Assembly: GCA_965645245.1 (NCBI GenBank)
Contig: OZ287080.1
Span: forward strand, 1,054,001 to 1,118,000
Direction: 5' to 3'
Source of the DNA: Massalongia carnosa
Taxonomy: Eukaryota
Length of the DNA stretch: 64,000 bases
The notes beneath the pieces are model-generated. The model was not told where the DNA came from. It saw nothing but the letters and a program-made list of their open reading frames with translations, and searched no databases. Positions 34,712-49,986 of this stretch are shown in pieces. The position numbers and the translations under genes were made by a program. Positions within the stretch are counted from its first letter, which is position 1. Each line of letters begins with the position of its first letter.

Positions 34712-36007
34712 ATGCCCCGAGTAATCAGCGAGCCTCGAAGGAGTAGGCTCACTATGGACGAACCCATGGAGGGCCGACGTGAGTCCATTGTCCCTAATAT
34801 TATCGATGATGACTCCCCATATAGCATCGACTCCGTGGATAGACTGAATGAATTTGTCCGCCAGGACCCCCAGCGGGTGGTGGAAATGATAACTGAGTTG
34901 AAGACGGAGTCCCGAACGAAGACCCACCTATTGAACAAGGTGGCCGAAAGATTCAATGAAACGTTAGAGATAGCCCGGACCCTTCGCGATGAGCGGGACT
35001 CGGCCCAAGAGGAATTGGATAAAGCTAAGGTGATAATCCAATTTCTTCAAAACACCAACATATCGTCCGCAAGCACCGTATCGGCCGAGAATGTGCATAC
35101 ACACACGACCACTACCGCGTCAACACCTGCCCCCGAAGGAGTTGGCAAATCTTCCAAGCTTCCTGACCCACCCATTCTCGAAAATAATAAAGACGACAAC
35201 TTCGAGGACTGGCTATCTAGCATGCGAAATAAGCTAGAAGGCAATGCGGATTGGTACCCTACCGAGGCCATGAAAAAGGCATACGTACGGACTCGGGTTG
35301 GTGGTGAGGCAGTCAAGCATATAGCCTCTAGATTTAGAAAGGAGTCTACCAAACCATTTACCACTGCTGAAGAGATTTTCGATGATTTAAACCGAGTATA
35401 TGGTGACCCTCACAAGGAACAAACAGCACTGCGAGAATTCCGCGACCTTAAACAAGTGGGTAAATATCGAGAATTCCATGCCTTCTGGTCAGAATTCCAA
35501 CGCTTAGCCAACGAACTTGAATATTCCGAAAAGACCCTACTGAATGAGCTCCGCAACAAGATGAACTTTGAGCTCCAGAAGATGCTAGCCGTCGAGGCCT
35601 ACAAGGCCACCGATTTGTATGAATTCGCACGCCTATGCATGCATACTGATCAGACCATCCGCGAGGTTGAGACCAAGACGAAAGGCTATCGAAAGAACTT
35701 TGTTGGCCCCTCAGTACCTATCGCAAGCACGGCCGGTGGGACCACCTCCATCGTAAAGGCCTCCACCCCCGCATTAACCCGTACTCCCGCAATGCCTTCC
35801 GCCACCAGCAGCCGATCTTCAACGCCCTTTATGGCCCGAGCCCCCCATCCCGATCCAATCATGGAGAAAAGAATGAAGGAAGGAAGATGTTTTAACTGCG
35901 ATCTGACCGGGCATATGGCCAAAGACTGCCCTCAGCCTAGAAAGGGACGGGTTAGCGAGATGAGCGCAGAAGCAGAAGATTCGGGAAAAGACGCACCTCC
36001 GTCATAG
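34712..36007 (+). CDS. gag: Gag (431 aa) with zinc knuckle
   Basis: SSKLPDPP...FEDWLSSMRNKL and CFNCDLTGHMAKDC (CCHC). Confidence 0.95.
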   Translation: MPRVISEPRRSRLTMDEPMEGRRESIVPNIIDDDSPYSIDSVDRLNEFVRQDPQRVVEMITELKTESRTKTHLLNKVAERFNETLEIARTLRDERDSAQEELDKAKVIIQFLQNTNISSASTVSAENVHTHTTTTASTPAPEGVGKSSKLPDPPILENNKDDNFEDWLSSMRNKLEGNADWYPTEAMKKAYVRTRVGGEAVKHIASRFRKESTKPFTTAEEIFDDLNRVYGDPHKEQTALREFRDLKQVGKYREFHAFWSEFQRLANELEYSEKTLLNELRNKMNFELQKMLAVEAYKATDLYEFARLCMHTDQTIREVETKTKGYRKNFVGPSVPIASTAGGTTSIVKASTPALTRTPAMPSATSSRSSTPFMARAPHPDPIMEKRMKEGRCFNCDLTGHMAKDCPQPRKGRVSEMSAEAEDSGKDAPPS

Positions 36008-36021
36008 ACGCGGCGGGGGTA
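35983..36021 (+). promoter_or_regulatory. -1 programmed ribosomal frameshift signal (gag-pol)
   Basis: G GGA AAA heptamer in the gag frame, then stem ACCTCCGTC/GGCGGGGGT 5 nt downstream. Pol is in the -1 frame and open from this point. Confidence 0.7.
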
Positions 36022-36027
36022 GATGAG

Positions 36028-39000
36028 TTGGTTATCACATCTTTCTTTATGGAGGATGATTTATTCGATGACCATCCAGTAATGGAAGATTGTATCGTAG
36101 GAAATAAATTTAATACGAGAGCGATGATTGATACTGGATCTACTGGTTATTGTTTTGTTGATAGACTAACTGCGCAGGAAATATGTGAAAAGGCTAATAT
36201 CTCACCGGTGACGTTAAATAGACGGAAAGAGATAAAGGCATATGATGGAAGAAAAGGCAAGCCTATTACCCAGGCCATTTATCCATCTCTGAAAATTGGA
36301 AATCATACCGAGAGCTCAACACCAATGTTGATCACCGAGCTGGGCCAACAAACGATTATTCTTGGCAAGCCTTGGATGCGAAAACATGGTGTTAGCTATC
36401 ATGGGCATACGAATTCGATTTCTTTTCGTCCCGATCATTGCAATCATCTAGGTGCCCCTGAAAGGCCTTTCCCATCGTCGCCAATCAGGAGAGAAGAACC
36501 GGGCTCAACAAAGGACACCACGCCTATATTCCAACCAAAGAAGATATTGAAAAGAGACGAACCCGATGAAAAGAATCATAGCAACTCGAACCCGATTTCA
36601 GTTCGAAGATCAAGAAAGGAAGATATCTTGAAGCAAAAGTCTTGGAGAAAAGACGCCGAGAGCGAAGAAGCCCTGGATATAGCGATGATAGGTGCAGACC
36701 CATTTAATGTATTAACGAAACAAAAGGATGTCGAGATATTTGCAGTCTCGCTGAGAGATATCAACTTTGAACTAGCCAAGGGAGAAAAGCCAATCACCGA
36801 TCCTAAGACCATAGTCCCCCCCGAGTATCACGATTTTCTTGATGTTTTCTCTAAGGAAAAAGCTGATGAACTGCCCCCTCATAGAAAGCATGACCATACC
36901 ATCGAATTGCTAGAAGGTAAAGGACCCGGGCATGCCCCGCTATATAATATGTCAGAGGGAGAACTCCTACTGGTCAAGAGATATTTGGAAGAAAATTTGA
37001 AGAAAGGATTTATTACAGCCAGCTCGGCCCCTTTTGCCTCGCCGATACTATTCGCCAAGAAACCGAGTGGTGGACTTCGGTTCTGCGTCGATTATCGAAA
37101 GCTAAACGAAATCACCAAAAAAAATCGATATCCCCTACCTCTGATATCTGAGATAATGTCTCGATTGGCCAGGGCTAGATTTTTGACAAGAATAGATATT
37201 CGACATGCCTTTAACCGACTTAGGATGAAAACCGAAAAGGACGAAGATCTCACAACCTTCCGCACGCGATTTGGGTCATATAAATCTCTAGTATTACCCT
37301 TCGGACTGACCAACGGCCCTGCTACGTTTCAGAACTTCATCAACGATACCTTCTTAGAATATCTAGACGAATTCCTAATAGCCTATCTGGACGATCTCTT
37401 GGTTTATAGTGAAACCATGACTGACCACCGAAAACATGTTCGAAAAGTTCTACAAAAGCTTCGAGAAGCTGGTATTCAGGCTGATGTGGATAAATGCGAA
37501 TTCCATGTGACCGAAACAAAGTTCCTAGGAGTGGTAGTCGGGCGGAATGGGATCAAGATGGACCCTACCAAAATTGAGGCAGTCGTCGAATGGGCCATCC
37601 CTAGGCATCTTAAACAGGTGCAGGCCTTTCTAGGATTTATCAACTTTTATAGACGTTTTATCAAAGACTTCTCCAAAATAGCCAAACCCCTCGTACATCT
37701 AACTCGAAAAGACGAACCATTCAATTGGACCCCAGCCTGCCAAGCAGCTTTTTCCGAATTGAAAAGACGGGTGACCGAGGCCCCGGTCCTCGCGCATTTC
37801 AGCCCAAGCCGAGAAACGTTCGTGGAATCGGATTCATCTGATTATGTGTCAGCCGGAGTATTATCGCAAAGAGGTGAAGATGGACTTATCAGACCAGTAG
37901 CCTTCTTTTCAAAGAGCCTGTTGCCAGCCGAATGCAATTATGAAATATACGATAAAGAATTGCTTGCAATAATCAAATGTTTCGAACAATGGAGGCCTGA
38001 GCTGCAATCCACCGAGCTCCCAATCAAAGTGTTGACCGACCACAAAAGCTTGGAATATTTCATGACAACCAAAAAGCTAAATAGGCGACAGGCCAGATGG
38101 GCTGAATTTCTGGCCGATTTCAATTTTGTCATCACATACCAAGCTGGAAAATTCCATACAAAGGCAGATGCACTAACTAGAAGACCAGGAGACAGGCCCG
38201 AATCAGAGGAATATGACAGGCAAAGGCATCAACATCAGATAATCTTACCTCTCGAAAGCCTAGACCCTCAAATCCAAAAGGAAATGGGGTTTGAAATGAA
38301 CGAGATCAACGCGGAAAAGTCGAAAGATCCGCTCGAGAATAATGCCAAACTATTTGTCCCCGAAGAAAAGAGAATGAAGCTGATACAGGAAGTTCACGAT
38401 CAACCAGCCGTTGGCCATCCGGGAATAAAGCGGACCTACGAGATGATGAAGAAATTCTTTTTTTGGCCAAAGATGAAAGGGACCATAGAACAATACATTC
38501 GAAATTGTCATACATGCAAAAGAGCAAAAGCTCCAAGGGACGGTTATTCCGGACTATTAAATCCGCTACCTATACCAGACCGGCCCTGGACAGATATATC
38601 AATGGATTTCGTAACTGGCCTACCTGAAAGCAAAGGTCATAATGCAATATTAATGGTAGTAGACCGATTTTCCAAGATGCATCATTACATTCCATGCACC
38701 ACGGACGAAGAAGGGACAACTGCCGAAGAGACGGCCCGAATGCTAATAAAACATGTATGGAAATTGCATGGCCTACCGACCACGATAATCTCAGATAGGG
38801 GACCTCAATTCGTATCGCTAGTATGGAAATCGCTATGCGTAATGCTGGGAATAAAAGCCAAGTTATCAACCGCATTCCATCCCGAGACCGACGGTCAAAG
38901 CGAAATATCCAATCAAGAAATGGAGCGATATCTGAGAACCTATGTCAATTATCAGCAAGATGACTGGACAGAGTGGCTATCGATGGCCGAGTTCGCATCA

Positions 39001-39690
39001 AATGCCTGTGTCTCAGCTTCAAGTGGATTATCTCCATTTCAGGTCAACTATGGGTTTGAACCGAGGATGAGCTTCTATCCGATTGACGCATCTACCGGAT
39101 CGGCCAGAGAAAGAATATTGAAAACTCGAGCAAAAAATATCGGCCAAGCAATGGAGAAAATCTGGGAATTCGGAAAAGAAAACCTAGTACGAAGCCAAGA
39201 AAGTCAGAAGAGATTCGCGGACAATCATCGGGAGGAGGCACCAACCTATAAAGAAGGAGATGAAGTTTGGCTATCAACCAAAAATATCAAAACGGAAAGG
39301 CCTTCGAAAAAGCTAGATCATAAGATGATCGGACCGTACAAGATATTAAAAGCTTTGGGGAATAGCTATAAGTTAGATCTTCCAGCATCGATGAAAATAC
39401 ACGATGTTTTCCATTCATCATTACTCCGACCAGCAAGTAAAGACCCATTGCCCGGACAAATACCCCCGCCTCCACCACCGGTAATTATTGACAACGAGGA
39501 AGAATTTGAAATTGATTATATTTTGGATTCAAGAACTTTCAACAAGAAGCTACAATACAAGGTAAAATGGAGCAATTACCCACCGGATAACACATGGTAT
39601 CCGGCCGAAGATTTTGCGAATTCAAAAGAAACTGTGGAAGAATATCATCGGAAATATCCAAAGAAGCCGCGACCGAAGCTAATCACATGA
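36028..39690 (+). CDS. pol: Pol polyprotein: protease, RT, RNase H, integrase, chromodomain
   Basis: IDTGS, YLDD, ESDSSD...YDKELLA, HD...GHPG...CHTC, SMDFV...SDRG...E, C-terminal FEIDYIL...YKVKWSNY...TWYP chromodomain. 1220 aa uninterrupted. Confidence 0.97.
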   Translation: MVITSFFMEDDLFDDHPVMEDCIVGNKFNTRAMIDTGSTGYCFVDRLTAQEICEKANISPVTLNRRKEIKAYDGRKGKPITQAIYPSLKIGNHTESSTPMLITELGQQTIILGKPWMRKHGVSYHGHTNSISFRPDHCNHLGAPERPFPSSPIRREEPGSTKDTTPIFQPKKILKRDEPDEKNHSNSNPISVRRSRKEDILKQKSWRKDAESEEALDIAMIGADPFNVLTKQKDVEIFAVSLRDINFELAKGEKPITDPKTIVPPEYHDFLDVFSKEKADELPPHRKHDHTIELLEGKGPGHAPLYNMSEGELLLVKRYLEENLKKGFITASSAPFASPILFAKKPSGGLRFCVDYRKLNEITKKNRYPLPLISEIMSRLARARFLTRIDIRHAFNRLRMKTEKDEDLTTFRTRFGSYKSLVLPFGLTNGPATFQNFINDTFLEYLDEFLIAYLDDLLVYSETMTDHRKHVRKVLQKLREAGIQADVDKCEFHVTETKFLGVVVGRNGIKMDPTKIEAVVEWAIPRHLKQVQAFLGFINFYRRFIKDFSKIAKPLVHLTRKDEPFNWTPACQAAFSELKRRVTEAPVLAHFSPSRETFVESDSSDYVSAGVLSQRGEDGLIRPVAFFSKSLLPAECNYEIYDKELLAIIKCFEQWRPELQSTELPIKVLTDHKSLEYFMTTKKLNRRQARWAEFLADFNFVITYQAGKFHTKADALTRRPGDRPESEEYDRQRHQHQIILPLESLDPQIQKEMGFEMNEINAEKSKDPLENNAKLFVPEEKRMKLIQEVHDQPAVGHPGIKRTYEMMKKFFFWPKMKGTIEQYIRNCHTCKRAKAPRDGYSGLLNPLPIPDRPWTDISMDFVTGLPESKGHNAILMVVDRFSKMHHYIPCTTDEEGTTAEETARMLIKHVWKLHGLPTTIISDRGPQFVSLVWKSLCVMLGIKAKLSTAFHPETDGQSEISNQEMERYLRTYVNYQQDDWTEWLSMAEFASNACVSASSGLSPFQVNYGFEPRMSFYPIDASTGSARERILKTRAKNIGQAMEKIWEFGKENLVRSQESQKRFADNHREEAPTYKEGDEVWLSTKNIKTERPSKKLDHKMIGPYKILKALGNSYKLDLPASMKIHDVFHSSLLRPASKDPLPGQIPPPPPPVIIDNEEEFEIDYILDSRTFNKKLQYKVKWSNYPPDNTWYPAEDFANSKETVEEYHRKYPKKPRPKLIT

Positions 39691-40678
39691 CAGCGATCAG
39701 GAGCTCGCTAACCAAGAGAGGGGGTAGTGTCAGGACTCGGGTGTGGGAGCGCTAAATCCAACGGCTCTTTCCGACCGAAGCTTCGGAGATAAGCTTCTAG
39801 AGCCGGATGGAAACTTCGAGAAGAAGGGCAAACGGGCATATAGATTTCACATTCTTCTTTGTAGATAGATTTCTCTTCTTCATGCTTAGTCTCTTAGGTA
39901 GCTGACTACTATTCGTCTTCCCTGGATAGTGGTTCTTACATCTTTAGCTTTTTGGTCTCGTGCATCTTGAATCGTCTATTTTCTCGAAGCTGTCGATAAT
40001 GAGACACTCTAGAAGCGTAAAATTAATCGACTCCGTTTTCTCCCTTCCAACCCGATTTTCTATTATATGTCGTTTGACGTGATTATAAACTCGTCCGTCT
40101 CGAGTCTTATCTATATCATCGTCAATTTTTTTCGTCAAAGTATCTTCCGTTAATATTCCTGTATCGAGTTCACGTTGATATTCAGCGGTGAAAGGAGCTG
40201 CGATGAAAAGGCTAGGATGAAAAGAGCTGCGATGATAGGTAAATAACACGAAAAGCACCGTAAACCCAATCGAGTCCGCGCTAAATCTCTTATGGACGAT
40301 TTCAAAGAAAATCTGATGCTTCGCAAAGAGACCTCCTCCCCCCACCGCAAACGGGCGAAAAAGCACGCAAGTTTCGAGATATCGACTATGGTTGATGTGA
40401 TTAGTAGGTCTGCAAAGTTTTACGATATCATACGATGAAATGCATGCTCGCAATGAGGTGCCTCTTTTTGGTCCTTTCCGTACGGCGTCCTCTCCGCATT
40501 ATTTGATAACTCAGTACTGTTCCGCAAGCCGCGTTCCCTTTTTCGGGTTAAACCTAACCACATGAGGTTGGATCTAACCGAATGAGGTAGTGTTGCCCAA
40601 AGTAGCAGGGGAGGGAACTCTTTCAGTACTATATAGATTGAATCCTTCGAGGATAGCGTTCCTCGCTGGTTATGTATT

Positions 40679-41089
40679 CACGCGGGTGAAAAAAAAAGAT
40701 GCAACGTGGGCCGAGGTTAACCCCAAACCACCCACCGAAATCTTCTAAATAATCAAACAAAATCCCATCTTTTCAAACATGATGCTACATTATGATACTC
40801 CTCTGAAGGCTAAATTGCAAGGCGCGCATTAATATCTTTCTTCTAAAGATATTTCACACGACGTGCGCGACATTTTCAAAGAATTTGATGTTAGATCTGA
40901 AAGAGCAGAATATAAAGGGTCAGAAATATATGACACTCGAGGTCGCAATAGCTGTGATTGACAGTCACAGTGCAATAACTGTGTAATTAGTGATTTTTAG
41001 ATGGAATTTAGGGGGATTGGAAGGGTTTTAGGTGGGGTGATCATGGGGTAACCTCGGCCCACGTTGCATCTTTTTTTTTCACCCGCGTG
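40679..41089 (+). mobile_element. 411-bp MITE/internal-deletion derivative related to the DD37E element, 5-bp TSD
   Basis: Perfect 41-bp TIR CACGCGGGTGAAAAAAAAAGATGCAACGTGGGCCGAGGTTA; TSD GTATT (40674-40678, 41090-41094). Internal HYDTPLKAKLQGA...IFKEFDV...DTRGR resembles the N-terminus of the 33297 transposase. Confidence 0.92.
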
Positions 41090-42193
41090 GTATTCGTACA
41101 TTTCCAGAGCTTCATCGATCCATTTGCACACGTCTTTTTCTCCCGTTTGGATTCTTTTCATCTCGTCATCCCCCTAAAACTTCTCAAGGTCTCTCTCTCT
41201 CTCTCTTGCTCGCGGTTCACCTCGTCCTATTCTCGTTGATCTGCATGTCTACCGTAGTGGAGGCATATGAATGGGTAAGTATCGATAGCAAGTTTCTACA
41301 GTAAAATGTAGCGAGAAAGTTACACAACCAAGAACTTGGGGTTTAAAATATACCTTATCAATGAAGAAAATCACCGAGAAACAAGTATTCATGCGGCAAA
41401 AGTAAATCTCTTGGTTCCCAAACAAAGCCTTTCCTCAACAACCCCCACTTTCATCCCTTCTCCTACCCCAATTCTCTTGATCTGCCTCCCTCCCTCCTAA
41501 ACAATAACGTACCTACCTCTACCCTCCAGCTATTATGATATCCCGCTCCCTATATATCTCCGTACTCTAGCGCAGTTTTTTTTTTTTTGGAATAATCGGT
41601 GGCTTTGAGTTGTAGCATCCAAGGCTGATTCTCTTACTTGTATTCACAACACACTATCTAGCGAGCAAATATTTTTTCATCGAACTCCCTTAATGTGATT
41701 TGATTCTATAAGTTTTATCTTACGAGAACATTTTGATTTAATTGAATGAACTTTGTATGCAAAATGCAAATTGCAAAATGCAAAATGCGAAATCTATCAC
41801 AATATCGTCGAGATGTCGTCGAGAAGCTAATAAAATTTAACTAGGCACCTAGGTCATCGATGTTTTGCATATTTGTTATATATTTGGTAGCGCTAGTCGT
41901 ACGATAGGTAAGACTAAGGTACGGAGTACACTAACTACTACGTATGCATTGTGTACTCTGTACGGAGTACTTCAATTCAAAAATGTATCCATCATCTCCT
42001 CTACGCTTGCACCCAAGGACAACGGCATTTCCATGCATTTTGGATGATTGAAATCTCCTGCTAATATTTAGCCTTCGCTATTTTCACTCGTTTCTAAACC
42101 CTCTCCCCAAACCACAGGTGTTGCGTTCCAAATATATCGAGGACATTTCGCGTCAAACCGTTAGATCTGTCAATCAGATACTTAGAAACTAAC

Positions 42194-44422
<2,229 letters not shown>

Positions 44423-45185
44423 ACGGAGACTGACGGTGAACCGCGATTGCTATTCTCCCCTTAACGCTTGATCACGAGCGGCAGACCTGAGCTGTTTTCC
44501 AGATTATTTTCCCACTTACGATGATAAAAGTGATCTACATACATACACCACACCAACTTGAGTATCTCAAAGGTTGCTCAGCAGCCGACCCCCTCTCTAC
44601 TACCAAGGCAGCGGAGAACGTGCAGCTAAGCACCAGCGGACGATCTAAGAGCCTACTAACGTCTAACCCTGTCACAGTCTCAACCAGATTAGCAACAGTC
44701 ACGGATCCGGTTTCCATCAGAACATACCCAGTAAGACTTTGGGCCACAAAAGGGCATCGATGCTCGAAATTTAGCAGGCTTTCTTTCCCAACAGCATTTC
44801 TCCGAAAGCGAAGTCTTTGCAAAGATCACTGTCAATTGCTGACAATCGCTGAGCTTCACAGATCCGAACCACCATTGTGGCACAGCGAAATTTTGTTATG
44901 TGACTGACGATGAATTGGAATGCACGGTGATCGTGTTTAACTTAGGCAGATAGCACGATGCAAAATGTACATAGACTCGTTTAATTTGAATACTCTGGTT
45001 TCCGAAGCCTACGGGCTTCAGCAATCAATCACTTGCTTGCATTTCTCAGATCTAGTGAACATCATCAAACGTATCTGTCCTACTTGTAGCCGAATGTCGC
45101 ATGCCTTGAAATGGACCTTGATCACAGAACGAGAAAGGTAACAACCAGACCGTCAGTCCTACCGCCTACAAAACCCATACGCTCA

Positions 45186-47253
<2,068 letters not shown>

Positions 47254-48408
47254 GGTGACAATAGACAGGTTCGAGCTTTTAGTATCTCTATCTCATGAAA
47301 GACTTTGAGTGTAAGGAATTTGAGCCTACATGACGCTAATGTTTATTACAAATAGTCTATCAGCCTGGTATGGCTCAAGCCATGAGCCACAATTCCGTGT
47401 TTGTGGCGCAAAGTGATCCGGCTTAGTGAGCCAATCGTTGGATCTGAGGTCTGAATCGCTAGTATTAACGATTGCTAGTTTAGGCGGCGTTTGCCGAGCA
47501 GATCGAGAAAGTTGACGCCTCGTTTGCGTTTACGCCAAAAGGAGCGCTCTAAAGCTTAACTAAACAATGCACTTGTATTCTGGCTTTTCCATGTGTCATT
47601 ACAGCCGAGAAAAGTAGTCGTCAACAGCGAATGAGCAGGGAGGATCTGAGAGGGGTTTTACATGGTTGACTAGATCGTACTACGCCGAACTCTGCACAGC
47701 GCACCGAGGACCATCTTGTAAGTCGATGTACACTAATGGTGCCACAGTTTCCATGGAGATGGGAACTGGAAAGACTCACTACCGCCAAGTTTAGATTCTC
47801 TCTCCCGATTCGTGTTTTCCTTACTGCTAGATATATGGCTTTTAAAATGTTTCAAAAGTCCTCCAGGTTAGTGGCCCGATTGGTCCGTAAATTATTACCT
47901 AATTCTTTCAGCATATCATCCTCCTCAACGAGATGGAGGCGGAAGGTAATCCTTCTGTTGCCGAAGGGCTTATTAGTAGCTATGGGCTAAAATTGCCCTT
48001 GTACGTTTATGATTACATGATGTGCAAGCATACGACACCCACGAGTACGACGACGCATCCGATTGAGCGGATGTTGACAGAGGATGGAGTACCTATAGAG
48101 GTAAATTCTTGCGATATAGCCACTTATTAATAGCAGGATTCATTTTCACCTCCAGGACGATCATACCATTATTCTATACTACCACCTTAGCTTATATCTT
48201 TTACTCTTCGTTCCCCTTTGTTCACATAATCATAGAACAACACATAGCAACTCGCTCCCTAGGCAATTAGACAAGCTTAAATCCTCGGTCTTTACCTTGG
48301 GCCTTGGTTGGCTTGTCATAATATCACCTTGATCTTATCTTCATTTCATCCCTCTTAACATTAGAGCTGTCAAGAAAAGATCGATTCACCGGCCAAATTA
48401 CTGCCGCC

Positions 48409-49986
48409 ATGAGCACATTCTCTTCCTACCATAGGGTTGAATGAACTGCCGGCCGTGGCTCCTCCCTCGGGGGTGACTCCGAACTTCATCAATCCTGACT
48501 CAATCGGTGGGCAACTCGTCGTTGCGGGTCTGATATGTTTGGTTTTAATGATTTTGTGCGTCGCCGTACGAGTCTACACAAAGTTATTCATCAGGCATAC
48601 TTGGAGCCTGGACGATTGCGGGCTTTCCTCTTCCGGGAAAACCTGGGCTTGCTAAGTGATAGGTAGATGTTTGTATGTTTGCTGTGGTAAGATGCGCTTT
48701 CAAAGATTATGAACGACCGGCATTCTTACTAGTGGCAAGATTGGTGCAATCGGTTTCGTTGCAACATCAATCTCAAGTATGAACATGCTGGAACCTTTAG
48801 GATATATAGCTGATGTCATTAAAGTGACTGATGATGGAGTTGGGCTGCATGAATGGGATTTTCCCATTTCTAGCTTCACACCGAGTTTTCTGCGGGTATG
48901 TCGACATTTTAATCTGATCACTCTTGATTGAAGTCGCTCTAGATCTAACCTGGAACTACAGAAACTCACCGTAGTCAACATTATCTATTCACCTTCTATC
49001 CTTATGGCTAAACTCTCACTACTGCTCTTCTATCTTGAACTGTTTCGTCCCAGCGCCAAGCTGAGGTACTTCATCTATTTCGGCATTGTGTTTAATGTTC
49101 TATTTTATGCCTCGATGACGATCGTGTTTTTAACACTACGTGCCTAGGCCGAAACAAAGCTTGCTTGAGGTTTTGTTTTCCCCAAATGCCATGAAAGGTA
49201 TTACTGTAGGCATTGCACAGGGAGGGGTCAATATAGGGAGCGATTTCTATATTCTGTGTTTACCCATTGCAGGCGTCTGGAAACTGCAACTTCCGCTGAA
49301 GCAAAAAGTTGGCATCATGGGAATATTTTTGATAGGTCTTCTGTAAGTCTTACCGCACATCATATGAACTTTGTGGATATCAGCATTGAGTCCAATACCA
49401 TAGTGCCTGTTTTTCAAGTGTTGTCGCTTTGTACTATCGGACCAGGCTGGAGCGCACTTCTGACGACACGTATAATTTTGTCCCTTTACTGATTTGGTTG
49501 TTAGTACTCATCTCAAATGACATTTCGTTCCATTAACCTTGGTGTAGGACTGTCGAATTGAACATAGGCGTCATGTGCAGCTGCCTGCCAAATTTTGCAG
49601 CGTTCTTCCGCCATCATCTTCCTCTGATAAAGTCCAGGATGTCTCAGATCACTTTCAGACGGATGGGCCCGGGATCTTCCAACCCGTCCAAGCCTTCACC
49701 TAAATCCGATATTTCCAAGGAACCTTCCACCAAGGATATCAATGTCACTCTTGGCTCTCGTACCAACAGTAAAGGACACTTTCGCATTTCCGAGGGCCTT
49801 TTCGCTAAAGAGAATAACTGGACCGAGCTGAAAGATATACCAAATCCAGCAGAAAGCGTCATCAAATCAAACGAGACACCCCGGGATCACTATGAGTGCA
49901 GAGGTTGTGAAGAGCCTATGAGAGAGGGATCAATGCAGCTACATTCAAGTCGGGAACTGTCAAGCACGGCGCAAATAATAGAGTGA
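48409..49986 (+). pseudogene. PTH11-like (non-CFEM, rhodopsin-like) membrane protein with frameshifts
   Basis: PPSGVTPNF, RVYTKLFI...WSLDD, GVGLHEWD, AKLSLLLFYLELF, SDFYILCLPI..VWKLQL, ELNIGVMCSCLP. ATG 48409 is out of frame with the downstream ORF, and a second frameshift lies at ~49138. Confidence 0.75.

Larger units (their letters stand above)
34231..39940 (+). mobile_element. Full-length Ty3/gypsy chromovirus LTR retrotransposon
   Basis: Identical 213-bp LTRs TG...CA (34231-34443, 39728-39940). 5-bp TSD TCTTT (34226-34230, 39941-39945). PPT AAGAGAGGGGGTAG (39714-39727). Intact gag and pol. Confidence 0.98.

Noticed and set aside
47400..47450. TCCGG...TGAGCCAAT upstream of CYP51 as an Aspergillus cyp51A-like regulatory element
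   Set aside because: Only a loose resemblance from memory with different spacing; not supportable.
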